64,000 nt of DNA from NCBI GenBank assembly GCA_038231135.1, contig JBBRLX010000018.1, positions 8,601 to 72,600 on the forward strand, read 5' to 3'. This document shows positions 61,703-64,000 of this stretch, piece by piece. Numbering within the stretch: position 1 is the first letter of the stretch; the number at the start of each line of letters is the position of its first letter. This stretch comes from Candidatus Eiseniibacteriota bacterium (GTDB lineage Bacteria > Eisenbacteria > RBG-16-71-46). The notes under the pieces are model-generated. The model saw nothing but the letters and a program-made list of their open reading frames with translations. It was not told the DNA's origin and ran no database searches. Position numbers and translations under genes: made by a program.

Positions 61703-61790
61703 GGGGAAAAGCCTACTGCAAGTGCGCGCGACCGCCCAATCCGGTATATGTTCCGCCAGAGCCGCAACCACATCACCGAGGAGGTCCCTC

Positions 61791-62600
61791 ATGAAATCCG
61801 TACTCCTGCTCCTGTGCCTGGCGACGGGTGTGACCATGGCGGCGCACGCCTCGCCTCCCCCCGCGACCCTGCAACACGTGGACCCGAACGCTCCGTGCTT
61901 CCGCTGGCCCGCAGTCGACATGGACGGTGACGGTGTGTTCGACCGTATCGATCACTGCCCCAACACGCCCAAGGGCTGCACGGTGGATGCGTGGGGGTGT
62001 CAGACCGATGAAGATCACGACGGCGTGTGCGACGGGCTCGACCAGTGCCCCGGCACGCCGCCCGGCGCCAAGGTGGATTCGCACGGCTGCTCGGACAGCC
62101 AGAAGACCGGCACGGCCGCTGCGACCCCTGTGGTGAAGGAGCCGGAGCACGCGGCGCCGCCGCCGCCCAAACCGGCCGAGCCCACGAGCGAGATCGAGCG
62201 CCAGCTCATTCAGACCGGCCGCATCCGGCTCGAGAACGTGTACTTCGAGACCGCGAGCGCCAGGCTGCTGCCCGAGAGCGAGGAGACGTTGCGCGAAGTC
62301 GACCGCACGCTGGAGAAGTTTCCGGAACTGCGGGTCGAGATCGAAGGCCACACCGACACGCGCGGCGCGGCGCGCTACAACCTGCGCCTGAGCCAGTTGC
62401 GCGCGGAATCGGTGCGCGCGTTCCTGCTCGCGAACGCGCATCTCGAAGCCGAGAATTTCACGGCGAAGGGTTATGGCGAGACGCGCCCCGAGACCAGGGA
62501 GCGCAACGATGAGGAGTTACTGCGCAACCGCCGGGTGGTGCTGCGCGTGCTGAATCCGGAAGTGCTGCCGAAGGGCGTGAAGATGGACACCACGCATTGA
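61791..62600 (+). CDS. OmpA-family protein with two TSP3 repeats (no N-terminal barrel)
   Basis: SD GAGGAGG and signal MKSVLLLLCLATGVTMAAHA. Repeats DMDGDGVFDRIDHCPNTPKGCTVDAWGC and DEDHDGVCDGLDQCPGTPPGAKVDSHGC. OmpA_C motif VEIEGHTDTRGAARYNLRLSQLRAESV...NRRVVLRV. Confidence 0.85.
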   Translation: MKSVLLLLCLATGVTMAAHASPPPATLQHVDPNAPCFRWPAVDMDGDGVFDRIDHCPNTPKGCTVDAWGCQTDEDHDGVCDGLDQCPGTPPGAKVDSHGCSDSQKTGTAAATPVVKEPEHAAPPPPKPAEPTSEIERQLIQTGRIRLENVYFETASARLLPESEETLREVDRTLEKFPELRVEIEGHTDTRGAARYNLRLSQLRAESVRAFLLANAHLEAENFTAKGYGETRPETRERNDEELLRNRRVVLRVLNPEVLPKGVKMDTTH

Positions 62601-62711
62601 TGCGTATTTGAAAGGACACGATCTCCCGGCCGGCCGGAGCGCGGACATGCCGCGTTCGCGACGCTCCCGGCCCGCCGGGGGAGCACTCTGCAGCGGAAGG
62701 ATCGAGCCGAG

Positions 62712-63125
62712 ATGAAAGCCAAGATGATGCTTGCCGAGGCCGCGACCGGACACCCCGACGGGACCATCAGCATGCTGCGTGCGGGCATCACGCACGTGTG
62801 GGTGCAGAACCCGCCCTATGGGCTGCAGGCCTCGCTGGTGTCGCGGATCGAGGCCGAGATGGGCGATGCCGGCCCGCACCAGTTCGATCTGCGGTGCATG
62901 ACCGACGACGGCGCCGAGGTGATGCCGAAGATGCAGGGCCAGTTCACCGCCCCCCAGGGCGGCGGCATCAACAACTTGATCCTGAACTTCAGCACCGCAT
63001 TCCCCAAGCCGGGGCGTTACACGTTCGTGCTGCGCGTCGACAACGTGCAGTTGGACATGTGCACGGTGCAGGTGACGCAGGCGCCGGAGGGGGCTCCGGC
63101 GGGGCCGACGCAGGCGTCGAACTGA
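62712..63125 (+). CDS. Small hypothetical protein (beta-sandwich-like, no signal peptide)
   Basis: 137 aa. MKAKMMLAEAATGHPDGTISMLRAGITHVW...HQFDLRCMTDDGAEVMPKMQGQFTAPQGGGINNLILNFSTAFPKPGRYTFVLRVDNVQL. It is reminiscent of small DUF-type proteins, but I cannot name the family with confidence. Confidence 0.5.
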   Translation: MKAKMMLAEAATGHPDGTISMLRAGITHVWVQNPPYGLQASLVSRIEAEMGDAGPHQFDLRCMTDDGAEVMPKMQGQFTAPQGGGINNLILNFSTAFPKPGRYTFVLRVDNVQLDMCTVQVTQAPEGAPAGPTQASN

Positions 63126-63129
63126 CAGC

Positions 63130-64000
63130 TCACGCCGCGCGTTTCGCCGGCGCCTGCATGCCCCAGCGTGACAGGACGCTCTCGGCGATCAGCAGCAGCA
63201 GCGCGAGCACGATGAACAGGCTCCACAACTCGCGGCCGTAGCGCGCCTCGCGGACGCGGCGCGCGAGGTCGGCGCCGGGGCGCACCACCTGGGCACGGCC
63301 GTTCGGGAACGCGCCCACCAGCGCGTCCTCGGGCAGCGAGGTGAGATCGGACTCGCGCACGTCGGGATTCACGGCGAACGTGCTGCGGAGCCGGCCGCCC
63401 TGCAGCACGCGGTAGAGCCCGGTGCGCTCGAGCGGCACCGATTGCAGCCGTGTGGCGCCGCGCTCCGAGACCAGCTCCGACGCGATCTCGTGGCCGCCCG
63501 TGTCCTCGATGCGCCACACTCCGGTGCTGGCGGGCGCGCTGTAGCGGTCGCCGGGCGCGAGCGACGATGCCGCGGTGCCGCGGGCCAGCACCTTCGCGGC
63601 CTGATGCATCAGGGGCAGGAACGCGCCGCTCATCGGAAAGTCTGTGCTCGCGGCGTCGAGCGGCGTGAGCAGCACCATGGCGTGCGGCGCCTCCACCAGC
63701 GCCGGATGCGCGCGATCGAACGCCAGCAGCGTGCGCGTCGCGACGGCCGGGGTGAAGCCGCGGATCGCGGCGAAGCGCGCGTTCGACAACGGCTCGCCGG
63801 GCCGGCTCGGGAACCCGGCGAGCACGGGATGACCGGCCACCGAGCGCACCAGCCGCCACGCCGCGCCCGCCGGGGCCTGTTCGATGCCGCCGAGCGTGCC
63901 CGCGCCGAATTCGCGCAGCAGCGAGGTGTTCCAGAACGCGGCGTCGGCGCGCGCGCCGGGCACGAGCAGCACGGCGCCGCCGGCGCGATGGTAGTCGAGC
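63130..64000 (-). CDS. Membrane-anchored hypothetical protein, C-terminal part (5' end beyond the window)
   Basis: The frame is open from 64000 down to the stop at 63130: hand check gives ...LDYHRAGGAVLLVPGARAD.... It ends with a TM segment ELWSLFIVLALLLLIAESVLS. This resembles the C-termini of BatA/vWA-associated aerotolerance-type membrane proteins. Confidence in that family call is low. Confidence 0.5.
   Translation of the reverse strand, partial: LDYHRAGGAVLLVPGARADAAFWNTSLLREFGAGTLGGIEQAPAGAAWRLVRSVAGHPVLAGFPSRPGEPLSNARFAAIRGFTPAVATRTLLAFDRAHPALVEAPHAMVLLTPLDAASTDFPMSGAFLPLMHQAAKVLARGTAASSLAPGDRYSAPASTGVWRIEDTGGHEIASELVSERGATRLQSVPLERTGLYRVLQGGRLRSTFAVNPDVRESDLTSLPEDALVGAFPNGRAQVVRPGADLARRVREARYGRELWSLFIVLALLLLIAESVLSRWGMQAPAKRAA

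Overview
High-GC diderm bacterial chromosome segment. Hand-counted 60-nt lines give about 73% GC in core genes and 50-63% in three accessory pockets. It is almost entirely coding, with about 55 CDS. I saw no rRNA, tRNA, CRISPR array, transposase or integrase.

Left to right:
- A phosphate block: OprO/P-like porin, pstS, pstC, a PhoR-type kinase, and DUF47/PhoU-like plus PiT.
- A regulator-exporter operon: XRE/LexA-like regulator, HlyD, ABC ATPase, ABC-2 permease, ArfB-like GGQ protein.
- thiL and ogt, converging on a 23-bp perfect inverted repeat.
- A tightly coupled minus-strand run: eda, OM beta-barrel, OmpA with TSP3 repeats, M20 amidohydrolase, TPR/retropepsin-like protease, ICMT-family methyltransferase.
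- An AsmA-family protein, a glycogen-debranching-type enzyme and a YibQ-type deacetylase.
- A Cys/His-rich lipoprotein followed by a two-component system.
- A housekeeping backbone collinear with the Bacillus subtilis origin-proximal order (holB, ricT, metG, tatD, ksgA, with ridA and mfd nearby). It is interrupted by three lower-GC accessory insertions.
- ftsE-ftsX-envC.
- A SurA-like chaperone, a PDZ-bearing LytS/LytTR two-component system and a second parvulin chaperone.
- A cytochrome c, mfd, a TlpA-like redoxin, a second TSP3-OmpA and a partial membrane protein.

Findings most worth a second look:
1. The holB UGA stop is followed in frame by 71 stop-free, start-free codons with coding-type GC3 that run into the next ORF.
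2. Two unrelated secreted proteins share a conserved C-terminal tail, TPT[IV]x[GS][ST]WGxLKxR[YW].
3. A LytS-type kinase with an extracytoplasmic PDZ-like domain sits between two periplasmic PPIase chaperone genes.
4. A Cys/His-rich lipoprotein with its own terminator lies next to a two-component system.
5. A translationally coupled amidohydrolase / aspartic protease / ICMT operon.
6. An exporter operon headed by a LexA-like regulator that lacks the catalytic Ser/Lys and ending in an ArfB-like ribosome rescue factor.

All family calls come from motif recognition by eye. No database search was run.
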